From assembly GCA_947626275.1 (NCBI GenBank), contig CANQRL010000006.1:11638-75637 (forward strand): a DNA stretch of 64,000 nucleotides. Reading direction: 5' to 3'. Positions 10,482-19,264 of the stretch are shown in pieces (positions within the stretch are counted from its first letter, which is position 1; each line of letters opens with the position of its first letter). The notes under the pieces are model-generated. The model had not been told where the DNA came from. It was given only the letters and a program-made list of their open reading frames with translations, and made no database searches. Made by a program: the position numbers and the translations under genes. This stretch comes from an uncultured Bacilli bacterium (lineage in GTDB: Bacteria > Bacillota_I > Bacilli_A > RF39 > UBA660).

Positions 10482-11777
10482 GTGGATATGGAATTTATTG
10501 AAAACGTAGAGAAAGAAGAATATGAAGAGTTTGTCCAAACACACAAAAAATCCCATTTTTTACAAAGTTATGATTGGGGAGAATTTGCTAGACTAGAAAA
10601 GAATTTTACCCCTTATTATGTCGGATTAAAAGAGGACGGAAAATTAGTCGCTGCTGCCTTACTTTTACAAAAAAAACTTCCTTTAGGTCTTTCTTATTTT
10701 TATTCTCCTAGAGGTTTTGTAATTGACTTTCACGATTTTACCCTATTAGAAAAATTTACCAAAGAAATCAAAAAAATGGCAAAAAAGAAAAGAGCTATCT
10801 TTGTCAAAATTGATCCTGATTTAATTATTCATCGCGAAAATTATCTTGATGAAGAACAGGAAGCCGACTATGACTCTCAAAAAATGTTAGAGAAATTGAA
10901 AAAATTAGGTTTTAAACATTTAGGATTTACTAAAAACTTTGAAACGATGCAGCCAAGATACTCTTTCCGTATTGACATGGAAAAACCAATGGAAGATATT
11001 TATAACTGTTTTTCCAAAACGACCAAACAACGAATCAAAAAAGCAGAAGAATTAGAAGTAGAAGTTTCTATTGGAACCAAAGAAGATATTTCTGAATTTT
11101 ATCGTCTTATGAAATTAACCGAAGACAGAAAAGATTTTGTCTCTCATGGCATAGAATACTATCAAACACTTTACGATTTATTTCATCCTAAAGACCGGTG
11201 TAATCTCTTTATCGGAAAAGTCGATATCGCTAAAATATTAATGAAGAAAAAAGCAGAACTAGAACCACTTTCTCATGAACAAGAGGATCTGCTTGCAATG
11301 GCAGAAAGAAGTAAATCCCAAAATACCAAACTCAAAGAATTAGAGAGAAGAACAGAAAAATTAAAAACGGATATCGAAAAATTTGAAGAGTTAAAAACAT
11401 CTTTTGGTGATCGTGTTGTAGTAAGCGGACACTTTATTATCGAATATGGAGATAAGGCATGGGTGTTATATGCTGGAAATCATAACATTTTAACGGATAC
11501 TTACGCAAACTATAAAACGTATTTTGAGCACATTCAATTTTATCATAATCGCGTAAAGACGTATGATCAATTTGGAACAATTGGTGACCTTCGAAAAGAA
11601 AATCCTCTTCTTGGATTACACGAATTCAAGAAAAAATTTGGTGGAGATTATGTTGAATTTTTAGGAGAGTTTGATTTAATTACGAACCATTTCTTCTATT
11701 TTCTATTTCAAAAACTCGTACCATTCTATCGAAAGATGATGAAAACAAAGGCAAAAAAGAATCATGAAAGCAAATAA
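10482..11777 (+). CDS. FemABX/MurM family peptidoglycan interpeptide-bridge aminoacyltransferase
   Basis: HFLQS..W, YFYSPRGF, FVKIDP, QPRYSF, coiled-coil insert, YDQFG, GL.EFKKKFGG..EFLGEFD. Confidence 0.92.
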   Translation: MDMEFIENVEKEEYEEFVQTHKKSHFLQSYDWGEFARLEKNFTPYYVGLKEDGKLVAAALLLQKKLPLGLSYFYSPRGFVIDFHDFTLLEKFTKEIKKMAKKKRAIFVKIDPDLIIHRENYLDEEQEADYDSQKMLEKLKKLGFKHLGFTKNFETMQPRYSFRIDMEKPMEDIYNCFSKTTKQRIKKAEELEVEVSIGTKEDISEFYRLMKLTEDRKDFVSHGIEYYQTLYDLFHPKDRCNLFIGKVDIAKILMKKKAELEPLSHEQEDLLAMAERSKSQNTKLKELERRTEKLKTDIEKFEELKTSFGDRVVVSGHFIIEYGDKAWVLYAGNHNILTDTYANYKTYFEHIQFYHNRVKTYDQFGTIGDLRKENPLLGLHEFKKKFGGDYVEFLGEFDLITNHFFYFLFQKLVPFYRKMMKTKAKKNHESK

Positions 11778-11801
11778 AAAACGACATTGTCGTTTTTTTT
11801 A
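11775..11801. terminator. Bidirectional intrinsic terminator between convergent genes
   Basis: AAAAAACGAC-ATT-GTCGTTTTTTTT hairpin with A/T tails on both sides. Confidence 0.8.
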
Positions 11802-12677
11802 TCTTCGTCTAGATGGTCCCATATTCACAAATCTCTGAATAGTCGGATCAGGAGAACCGCTATTTAAGATGCTATAAATCATCTTCTCTCTATCATACTT
11901 GACCAATACTTCTTCTAATTCATACCCCGTTTCGGTTTCTGTTAATAATGCATAAGACGCTGTATCTACAGGATCTTTTCCATAAGCCATACCTACAGCC
12001 CGAATAGAATAAAAATCAGTGGATCCTCCCCGTTCATAAATTTTAAAGTGAACATGTCCTTGAATTATGGCATCAAAGAAATCTACTCTCTTTAAAGCAA
12101 ATAGAGGGTCTTGTTTAGCCGATAAATACCCTCTCATCATCGGACTATCAACGCCATAATGATTTAACAATTCTTCTATTTGTTCTAACTGATCGGCACT
12201 ATTTGTATAGAGAAACTGATCAAATCCTCGACCTGTACGCTCTATACTGCCTTGGTAAGACCATGTACTTCTAATTCCAAAATCAAAGCGAACATCATTG
12301 GCAAAATGAACAAGTCCTAATTTTTTTCCTCCTATTAACAATTCAATAGAATGAGGATAAAGTGATATTAGTCCTTTTTGGTGTTCATTTAATTTAGACA
12401 ATGTCCATAGTCTGCTCTTTTCTTTTAATCTATCGAAATAGGAACGAAATGGTTCAGAACCTAACGTAATATATTCTTCTGAATTTCCAGCAACAGATTG
12501 AACGCCATATTCTTCTAATAAATCAATTACTTCACCAGGATTAGGTCCTACCCCAATATTATCTCCTAAAGAATAAATCTCTGTAATTCCCCTTCTTTTA
12601 ATATCTTGTAAAGCTGCCTCTGTTGGTTCCAATAAAGCATGGGGATCTGTAAAAATAGCGATTTGTCTTTTTTCCAT
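11799..12677 (-). CDS. Calcineurin-like metallophosphoesterase
   Basis: DPH, GDNIG, GNSEE, H, GHVH motifs; start moved to MEKRQIAIF (RBS AGAAGGGA). Confidence 0.8.
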   Translation of the reverse strand: MEKRQIAIFTDPHALLEPTEAALQDIKRRGITEIYSLGDNIGVGPNPGEVIDLLEEYGVQSVAGNSEEYITLGSEPFRSYFDRLKEKSRLWTLSKLNEHQKGLISLYPHSIELLIGGKKLGLVHFANDVRFDFGIRSTWSYQGSIERTGRGFDQFLYTNSADQLEQIEELLNHYGVDSPMMRGYLSAKQDPLFALKRVDFFDAIIQGHVHFKIYERGGSTDFYSIRAVGMAYGKDPVDTASYALLTETETGYELEEVLVKYDREKMIYSILNSGSPDPTIQRFVNMGPSRRR

Positions 12678-12853
12678 GTGATCCCTTCTTTCTCTTTTCC
12701 TTTTTTCTAGCATCATTTTACCTAGAAACATGTTATTTTTTTCTCCTATCTAATCTAAGTATACACTAATATTTTATTTTAGAATAGCTAAAATTTTTTG
12801 GATATGGTCTTTTTCTTGTAATTATTACTCAACAAAAAAAGGTGTGAAAACAC

Positions 12854-14638
12854 CTAATTTTTACTAATCTTAAAGATTACTTGATATTCATCCTCTAGAT
12901 CATATTCTTCCGTATCAATAGAATATCCGCATTTTTCAATGGTATTATTGACATCACGGATCAAATTAATAATCTGTTTAAAATCAATTTTTTCGGCTGG
13001 CTGAGCAGAAGGTGGTAAAACAGGATCATATTGTTTAGAATAATCTGTGATAATGATTGGCTGAATATCTGTTTTTTCTTCTTTTGCCGTTTCTACAGGT
13101 GCTGGCTCTGGGATTACTGGTTCAGCAGGAACTTTTGTTGGCTCCTCCACCTCATCCTCTTTCGTATCCATAAATGTACTTGGTAATTGATTCTCCATAA
13201 TTGGTGTTGATGGAATGGATGAAATCTCTGGTACCGCTGGTGTATTTAATCCAACTGGGTTAAGAGATGGTACCTCTGGAATAACTGGCATTACTGGCTC
13301 TGGAGTTGCAGGTGCTGCTGGCATTGGTGGTAATTCTGGTGCAACTGGTGTTACTGGTGGAACTGGTTGTAAATCCTCTCCTGGCGTTGGTTGAATAGAA
13401 ACCGTTGCAAATGGAGATGGTGTAGCTTCTTCCTGAAGCTCTTTTTCCACTTCTTGAGCTTCTTTTTGGGTTGGCGTTGCCAATAAATCTTGAAAATTAA
13501 ATGGTTTTTCTGGTTCACTTGAACTAGTAGAAGATCCCATATCCATACTAGATACTGGTGGGACAACAGGTGCTTCTGGTTCTGGGGTTGGCATTGATGG
13601 TAATTCTGGAGCTACTGGTTCTACCGGAGCTATTGGTGGAACCGGAGCTGCTGGTGCAGTAGATTCCATTGACTGTGTAAAAATATTTGGAATAGCTGGT
13701 GCATCTACCTTTTCGAAAGAAGGGTTTGTATCTGACCCAACCATAGAATCAGAAACCATCGTTGGACTTTCTACGATAGGTGTAGAAGGGATTCCTCCCA
13801 TACTAACTTCTGACATAGCTGATAATGGCGTTTGATTTTCTGCTGAAATAGATGGTGTTGATGAAGCAGATTGACTCATTAAAAGTGAGTTAAAATCTAC
13901 TGTCTTTGGTTGTTCAATAACATCTTGTGCTTGTTGTTGTTCTTGATCTACATTCATGAATCCTGGATTGGATGTAACTCCTCCCTCTGGACTAGTACTT
14001 GTATCGGTATCATCAATTGGTTCCGTGATAAAAGTTCCCATTTTCTCTATTTCCTCCTCCGTCTTTCGAACAGTTAATCTATTCTCAATGATTTTCTTTA
14101 GCATCTCTCGTTGTTGAGATGCTTCTTTTAACTTTAATAATGATCTAGCATGTCTTTCTGAAATTTTATCTTCCATAAGAGCTTCTTGAACTTCATCACA
14201 AAGATTTAAAAGCCTAATTTTGTTAGCAACAGAAGATTGACTTTTTCCTAACTTAATAGCTAACTGCTCTTGTGTTAGATACCCCATATCTAATATTTTT
14301 TTATAAGAAATAGCTTCTTCAATAGGACTTAAATCGCGTCTTTGAACATTTTCAATTAAAGCTACTTCCGCACTATCTTTATCATTAAAACTAGAAATAA
14401 TAGCGGGAATAGTTTCCTTGCCTGCTAAAACACTTGCTTTATATCGCCTTTCTCCTGCTATAATTTCGTACTTGTCACCTATAGGACGTACGATAATTGG
14501 CTGAATAACCCCATGTTCTTTGATAGACTCTGACAATTCAATAATCGAATCTTCATTGAACTTGATACGTGGTTGAAAACGATTTGGTAAGATGTCATTT
14601 AAATCTAAATCTACTACTTTAGACCTCGTCTCGTCCAT
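12854..14638 (-). CDS. noc: ParB-family CTPase of Noc (nucleoid occlusion) type with a long Pro/acidic low-complexity insert
   Basis: PNRFQPR, GERRYKA, ENVQR; HTH KSQSSVANKIRLLN...ISERHAR; Noc-like C-terminus IEKCGYSIDTEEYDLEDEYQVIFKI; lies downstream of mnmG-rsmG. Confidence 0.8.
   Translation of the reverse strand: MDETRSKVVDLDLNDILPNRFQPRIKFNEDSIIELSESIKEHGVIQPIIVRPIGDKYEIIAGERRYKASVLAGKETIPAIISSFNDKDSAEVALIENVQRRDLSPIEEAISYKKILDMGYLTQEQLAIKLGKSQSSVANKIRLLNLCDEVQEALMEDKISERHARSLLKLKEASQQREMLKKIIENRLTVRKTEEEIEKMGTFITEPIDDTDTSTSPEGGVTSNPGFMNVDQEQQQAQDVIEQPKTVDFNSLLMSQSASSTPSISAENQTPLSAMSEVSMGGIPSTPIVESPTMVSDSMVGSDTNPSFEKVDAPAIPNIFTQSMESTAPAAPVPPIAPVEPVAPELPSMPTPEPEAPVVPPVSSMDMGSSTSSSEPEKPFNFQDLLATPTQKEAQEVEKELQEEATPSPFATVSIQPTPGEDLQPVPPVTPVAPELPPMPAAPATPEPVMPVIPEVPSLNPVGLNTPAVPEISSIPSTPIMENQLPSTFMDTKEDEVEEPTKVPAEPVIPEPAPVETAKEEKTDIQPIIITDYSKQYDPVLPPSAQPAEKIDFKQIINLIRDVNNTIEKCGYSIDTEEYDLEDEYQVIFKISKN
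13320..13619 (-). repeat. Imperfect internal repeat in the Noc linker (PVAPELP.MP..PEP), copies at ~13320-13349 and ~13590-13619
   Basis: GGCATTGGTGGTAATTCTGGTGCAACTGGT vs GGCATTGATGGTAATTCTGGAGCTACTGGT. Confidence 0.75.
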
Positions 14639-14667
14639 AGATAACCTCTTTTCTACCCTACGAATTC

Positions 14668-14713
14668 ATTATAATATATTTTGGGAAATAATTCAATAAC
14701 CATTTGGGAAATA
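14668..14713 (-). promoter_or_regulatory. Sigma-A promoter of noc (TTGAAT-17-TATAAT) overlapped by a direct repeat of NBS half-sites
   Basis: -10 at 14668-14673, -35 at 14691-14696; TTTGGGAAATA at 14680-14690 and 14703-14713. Confidence 0.6.
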
Positions 14714-14720
14714 TAGAACT

Positions 14721-14750
14721 AAAAATAGACTAGCAACACCAGTCTATTTC
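14721..14750 (-). terminator. Terminator of the MBOAT operon
   Basis: AAATAGACT-N9-AGTCTATTT hairpin plus T run on the minus strand. Confidence 0.7.
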
Positions 14751-15232
14751 TCAACATTCAATTTATATTCGATACTAACGACTTCATTTTCTTCAAAAAT
14801 AAAGGTTAATAAGGTATCTCCTTTTGAATAAGTATAGGCACCTATCGCATCTTCATAATCTTGTCCATAAGTATCCACCACTTCTTCTTTCGTAGAACCT
14901 AACTTAATACCCTCTTTAGTCGCAATCTTATCTGTTAACAATGTAATGGTATAAATTTTTTCAACGTCTTTATCATGATATCCATAAATTTCATAATCAG
15001 CATAAGTATAAATATTGTCTTTTCCTTCAAAAGCACAACTTTCTACCTCTTGAAATTCATAGTTTTCCCCTAAAGCCTCCTTCGATAGAGAAAATTCATC
15101 TCCTACCATTAAATTTTTCCCATTGATCGTAATGGAATATCCCTCTTTTGGAGTTTCTTTTTTCGTTTCTTTCTTTTCTCCACAACCAACAATTGTAAGT
15201 AATATCGCTAAGGTAATCGCTATTTTTTTCAT
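14744..15232 (-). CDS. Lipoprotein of unknown function
   Basis: MKK..lipobox TIVGC; repeated IKLGSTKEEV..TYG-type motif; ATGA overlap with the upstream gene. Confidence 0.75.
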   Translation of the reverse strand: MKKIAITLAILLTIVGCGEKKETKKETPKEGYSITINGKNLMVGDEFSLSKEALGENYEFQEVESCAFEGKDNIYTYADYEIYGYHDKDVEKIYTITLLTDKIATKEGIKLGSTKEEVVDTYGQDYEDAIGAYTYSKGDTLLTFIFEENEVVSIEYKLNVEK

Positions 15233-16284
15233 TCAAAACCTCCATACATTTTTATTTTACCATACTCGTCAAGTTCCTCATATTGTTGCCTCTTCATTTT
15301 TTCATAATCAGCTTTTTTATGTTCGTAACTTTCTTTGATTTTGGAATTTTTTCTTAAATCCTCTAACTCATAATTTTCTTGTAAATAGGCACCAAAGTAA
15401 TCGGTCAATTTTTCAGCTCCACTGACATTTAAATGTAGACCTGCATCATAAGTATCTTGTTCATAATCTATCCCAATTTCTTCTCTTTTCTCGTAGAAAT
15501 TGAGATAATCAAGAGAATATTTTGATGCATACTCCATGATTTGTTTTTCATACTCTTCATACCAATAAGGGTAAGTAGAAGGAGCTTTTATCAAAATCAA
15601 TTCAATATCATTTTCTTCACATAATTGACGAATTTTATCTAAGTAAGCTACATTTTCTTTTGAAAATTGATAACTCGCTAATCGTTTTCCTTGATAAAAC
15701 GTCGTAACTGGTTTGACATCCACTCTCATTAAATAGCCATTATGAGAGATTTTTTTTCTTTTTAAATAATAGCTAAAATCTTCTTTTGTTAATTCTAAAA
15801 TTCGACTGTGATAACGAAATATAGGAAAAATATAATCGATGAGTGTTTCTCCTTCAACCATGGAATCTTTTATCAAATCAAATTTAATGGACGACGTTTT
15901 CATTCCATCTAGTAGTAATCGATTATATGCTTCTTTTTTTTCTTCTTCCCCGTAGCGCAATGCATTTACGCTTAGTACAACTATCTTTGGTTTCTCATAT
16001 AATAACGTTTCCCTTAATAGATGATAAGATTGATGGATTAACTGCTGCGAATTTCCTCGAATATAGGAAGTATAACCGTATTTATCAAATAATGTAATCG
16101 GAGAAAAATTAGAATATACTTCACAATCTCCGATAAAAATAATTTGATGATTTTTTTCATCCTCGTAATATTCTCTCGTTAAGGAACCTTCTACGAGTTC
16201 TAATTGATATTTAGGAACAACTAATTGCTGCAAACCTAAAAAAAGGAGTAGAAATAAAAGAATATATAAAAAAACTTTTTTCAT
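15229..16284 (-). CDS. Membrane-anchored SGNH/GDSL-like acyltransferase/esterase (DltD/AlgX/PatB-like partner of MBOAT)
   Basis: N-terminal anchor; block I IIFIGDCEVY; C-terminal DAGLHLNVSGA. Confidence 0.75.
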   Translation of the reverse strand: MKKVFLYILLFLLLFLGLQQLVVPKYQLELVEGSLTREYYEDEKNHQIIFIGDCEVYSNFSPITLFDKYGYTSYIRGNSQQLIHQSYHLLRETLLYEKPKIVVLSVNALRYGEEEKKEAYNRLLLDGMKTSSIKFDLIKDSMVEGETLIDYIFPIFRYHSRILELTKEDFSYYLKRKKISHNGYLMRVDVKPVTTFYQGKRLASYQFSKENVAYLDKIRQLCEENDIELILIKAPSTYPYWYEEYEKQIMEYASKYSLDYLNFYEKREEIGIDYEQDTYDAGLHLNVSGAEKLTDYFGAYLQENYELEDLRKNSKIKESYEHKKADYEKMKRQQYEELDEYGKIKMYGGFE

Positions 16285-16292
16285 GTCATCAC

Positions 16293-17618
16293 CTAAAATC
16301 TACTATAGATAAAATCTGTTTTTTCAAAACCGATTCCATAACTACCAAAAAGAATAATGATAAAGATAAAAAGAATTAATAAAAGATAATCACGATTTTT
16401 AAAAGAAGTTGAGAAAGATTTCTTTTTATATTTTTGATATTCTACAACTCCTAAAAAGAGAATAGCAATCCATAAAACAATAAAATTAGAAAGACTCATA
16501 ACTTCAAAAAGGGAAAGCGTATTCGTATTATGAAAAATAGAAAGGATAGAGGAAAGATTAGGATACATAAAAAAAATCCATAAAACACATACTATTCCAT
16601 AATTGGCAAGCATAAAAATTGGCTTTTTAGGTTGATAGTTCATCCTTTTTTCCATAACTAATAAAATGCCATTACAAAGTCCCCACAAAAAGAAATTCCA
16701 AGTAGGACCATGCCACATTCCACTCAATAAAAAGACAATTAAAATATTAAGACTGTTTCTTAATTTCGATACTCTATTTCCACCCAATGGGATATAAACA
16801 TAATCTCGAAACCAACTTGTTAAACTGATATGCCATCTTTTCCAAAACTCATTTAAATTTTTAGAAAAATAAGGAGTATCGAAATTTTCTAAAAGATTGA
16901 TTTGCAAGATTCTAGAAAAACCGATAACAATATCGATTCCAGAAGAAAAATCGGTATAGATTTGAATGCCATAAAGTAGTAATCCTAAAACAACACCCAA
17001 TCCTCCTATTTCGTTTGTAACGATATAAGAAGTAAGAATACTAATTCGATTGGCAATCACTAATTTTTTAAAACATCCCCAAAGAATTCTAAGAAGACCT
17101 TCTTTTGCCTGCAACCGAGAAAAAGAATGAGGCTTCAAAAGAGTGTCTTTTATTTTGGTATAACGATTAATGGGTCCTTGAATTAATGTTGGAAAAAAGG
17201 AAATAGAAAGGAGAAATTGAAAATAGGAATCCGGTGAAATCTTTTTTTGATACGTATCTACCAAATAAGAAATAGAAGATAGTGTATAATACGAAATTCC
17301 TAGTGGTACAATTAAGGAAAAAGCATCATCAACATAAGAAAATAAATCGTATTTTAGAACAATTAATAATCCGATATTAAAGATAATTCCTATCCATAAT
17401 TTCCATTTAGAATACTTTTCTCTTTTCGATATGGACAAACTGAAAAAGTAAGTTACTAGAGAACTGCATAGTAAATAGACAAGAGAAGAATGGAAGGCAT
17501 AAAATAAAAGAGAAAAAAGAAGAAGAATACCCCACTGTTGCTTCTTAGGAACAAGGTAATAGAAAATGACAACGACCGCTAAAAAGAGAAAAAACTCTAA
17601 AGAAATCATTTGAATCAT
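16293..17618 (-). CDS. MBOAT family O-acyltransferase (AlgI/DltB/PatA-like)
   Basis: PLGISYYT, FFPTLIQGPI, YTDFS, NFDTPYFS, FWKRWHISL..WFRDYVYIPLGGNR, SGMWHG; ATG 17618 overlaps the upstream TGA. Confidence 0.92.
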   Translation of the reverse strand: MIQMISLEFFLFLAVVVIFYYLVPKKQQWGILLLFSLLFYAFHSSLVYLLCSSLVTYFFSLSISKREKYSKWKLWIGIIFNIGLLIVLKYDLFSYVDDAFSLIVPLGISYYTLSSISYLVDTYQKKISPDSYFQFLLSISFFPTLIQGPINRYTKIKDTLLKPHSFSRLQAKEGLLRILWGCFKKLVIANRISILTSYIVTNEIGGLGVVLGLLLYGIQIYTDFSSGIDIVIGFSRILQINLLENFDTPYFSKNLNEFWKRWHISLTSWFRDYVYIPLGGNRVSKLRNSLNILIVFLLSGMWHGPTWNFFLWGLCNGILLVMEKRMNYQPKKPIFMLANYGIVCVLWIFFMYPNLSSILSIFHNTNTLSLFEVMSLSNFIVLWIAILFLGVVEYQKYKKKSFSTSFKNRDYLLLILFIFIIILFGSYGIGFEKTDFIYSRF

Positions 17619-19159
17619 TTGGCAGCCGGCCACCCACTATGATCCCAAGAAGCTATTTGTCCATACTCTTCATCTGTCATCAATTTTGTTGCATTTGCTC
17701 CTGGTGTCGAATCTAAATGTCTCCATCCCTCTTCTACATGGACTAAATTCCAATAATGACTTTTTGTTCTCGTATGAATTTGTTTATTTTCTATTCCTGC
17801 TAGATCAAGCATTATCTTAGATATTGCATAATGCGTAAAACAATCTCCTTTTCTTTTGGTAATTCCCTCCCAAGCAGATGGATATAGACTTCTTAAATCA
17901 CTACTCGTATAACTAATATTTTTAGCAACCCAATTTCGAATAGCGAGAGCTGTTTCTGATTTAGAATTACCTTTTATACTATTGACAATGGGACGCAATT
18001 TATCTTTAATATCCTGAGCATTTCCTGTAATGATAACGGTTCTTGTTTTTTTTGTCGTATTTCCCTGAGCATCATTAGCCGTATACGTAACTTTGTAAGT
18101 TCCAGGGCTTTTTTCATTAACTTTACTCTTATCGTAAGATACTTTTACTTTTCCATCATGATTATCTATCGCAGTTACATTTTTGGTATAATTGATTTTT
18201 TCTCCACGAACAACATGAATCGTAGATAGATTATAAATGACAGGTCCACTCGTATCTTTTTTAATCGTTAATTTAGCTGTTACTTCTGTTTGATTTCCCG
18301 CTTCATCTGTTATTTTTATTTTGACATCTTGGGTCCCTATTTTAGAATAATTGATGGTACTAACATATTCCTTTTTCACGCTCGTTCCATCGCTAACACG
18401 CTTTAGAAACTGATTGATAGAAGAAACTTTTTGATCCCACCAAATAGTAACGTTTTGTGTTTTTACAACAGGTTTTTGTGTATCTTGTACTAAAACATTG
18501 ATATGATAGGTTTCCTCATCAACTTTCAAAATCATCTCCTGTTGACCTAATTTTTTAGTATTCACTTTTTGGATAATCTCTGCATTATCGATATCATCTT
18601 GACTATATAAAGCATCCTTAGCGGTAATATTTTTTCCAGCTTCAACAACAAGATTTTGTTTCACTTTTCCAAACTCTAGGGTGGCTGTTTCTTTTGTTGT
18701 ATTTCCTGAAACATCTTCAGCGACAATCACCACTTCTTGCTTTCCCGATTTTCTTTCTATTTCCTTTTCAAAAGAAAGAGTGCATTCTGTCTCATCTTCT
18801 AATGTTTCAACAAATAATTCTGGCGTTACTTCATCTTCCAAACCAAGTTTTACTGTTTTCGTCTTCAAGATAGGAGCTTGGGTATCGACAATTTCTAACA
18901 CGGTTTTATAGTAATTTCCATTGACTTCAATCTCTATCGCATGCTTTCCTAATTTACTCGTATCAATATTAGAAACATTGGTGATAAATTTAGCATCACT
19001 AGAAAACCCTTTGAAGAAAGAAGCAAGCTGGATTGAATGATTGATTTCTAATTTTACAAGACTGAGTGGTTTAATAGTATTTAAACAAAGAGCAAAAGAA
19101 ATAACAATCATAGAAAATACGATACTGATAATTACTCTTTTTTCTCTAAAGTACTGCAT
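17615..19159 (-). CDS. Exported Ig-like (DUF5011/HYR-type) repeat protein with C-terminal transglutaminase-like domain
   Basis: N-terminal anchor; repeats ending DTQAP/DTQKP/DTSGP; KGDCFTHY...HYWNLV...WRHLDST Cys-His-Asp triad. Confidence 0.8.
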   Translation of the reverse strand: MQYFREKRVIISIVFSMIVISFALCLNTIKPLSLVKLEINHSIQLASFFKGFSSDAKFITNVSNIDTSKLGKHAIEIEVNGNYYKTVLEIVDTQAPILKTKTVKLGLEDEVTPELFVETLEDETECTLSFEKEIERKSGKQEVVIVAEDVSGNTTKETATLEFGKVKQNLVVEAGKNITAKDALYSQDDIDNAEIIQKVNTKKLGQQEMILKVDEETYHINVLVQDTQKPVVKTQNVTIWWDQKVSSINQFLKRVSDGTSVKKEYVSTINYSKIGTQDVKIKITDEAGNQTEVTAKLTIKKDTSGPVIYNLSTIHVVRGEKINYTKNVTAIDNHDGKVKVSYDKSKVNEKSPGTYKVTYTANDAQGNTTKKTRTVIITGNAQDIKDKLRPIVNSIKGNSKSETALAIRNWVAKNISYTSSDLRSLYPSAWEGITKRKGDCFTHYAISKIMLDLAGIENKQIHTRTKSHYWNLVHVEEGWRHLDSTPGANATKLMTDEEYGQIASWDHSGWPAAK

Positions 19160-19235
19160 ATTACCACTCCCTATAGTTTTTTATTATATCACTTTTTGGT
19201 GAATATTCACCCTTTCTTGATTATTTTATGCAAAT

Positions 19236-19264
19236 AAAAAAAGAACTTCCTAAATTGAAGTTCT
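19236..19264 (-). terminator. Terminator after rsmG
   Basis: AGAACTTC-N7-GAAGTTCT plus T run on the minus strand. Confidence 0.7.

Noticed and set aside
12854-14638. Calling the ParB-family gene spo0J/parB
   Set aside because: The specificity residues and C-terminus are Noc-like, and there is no adjacent parA/soj.
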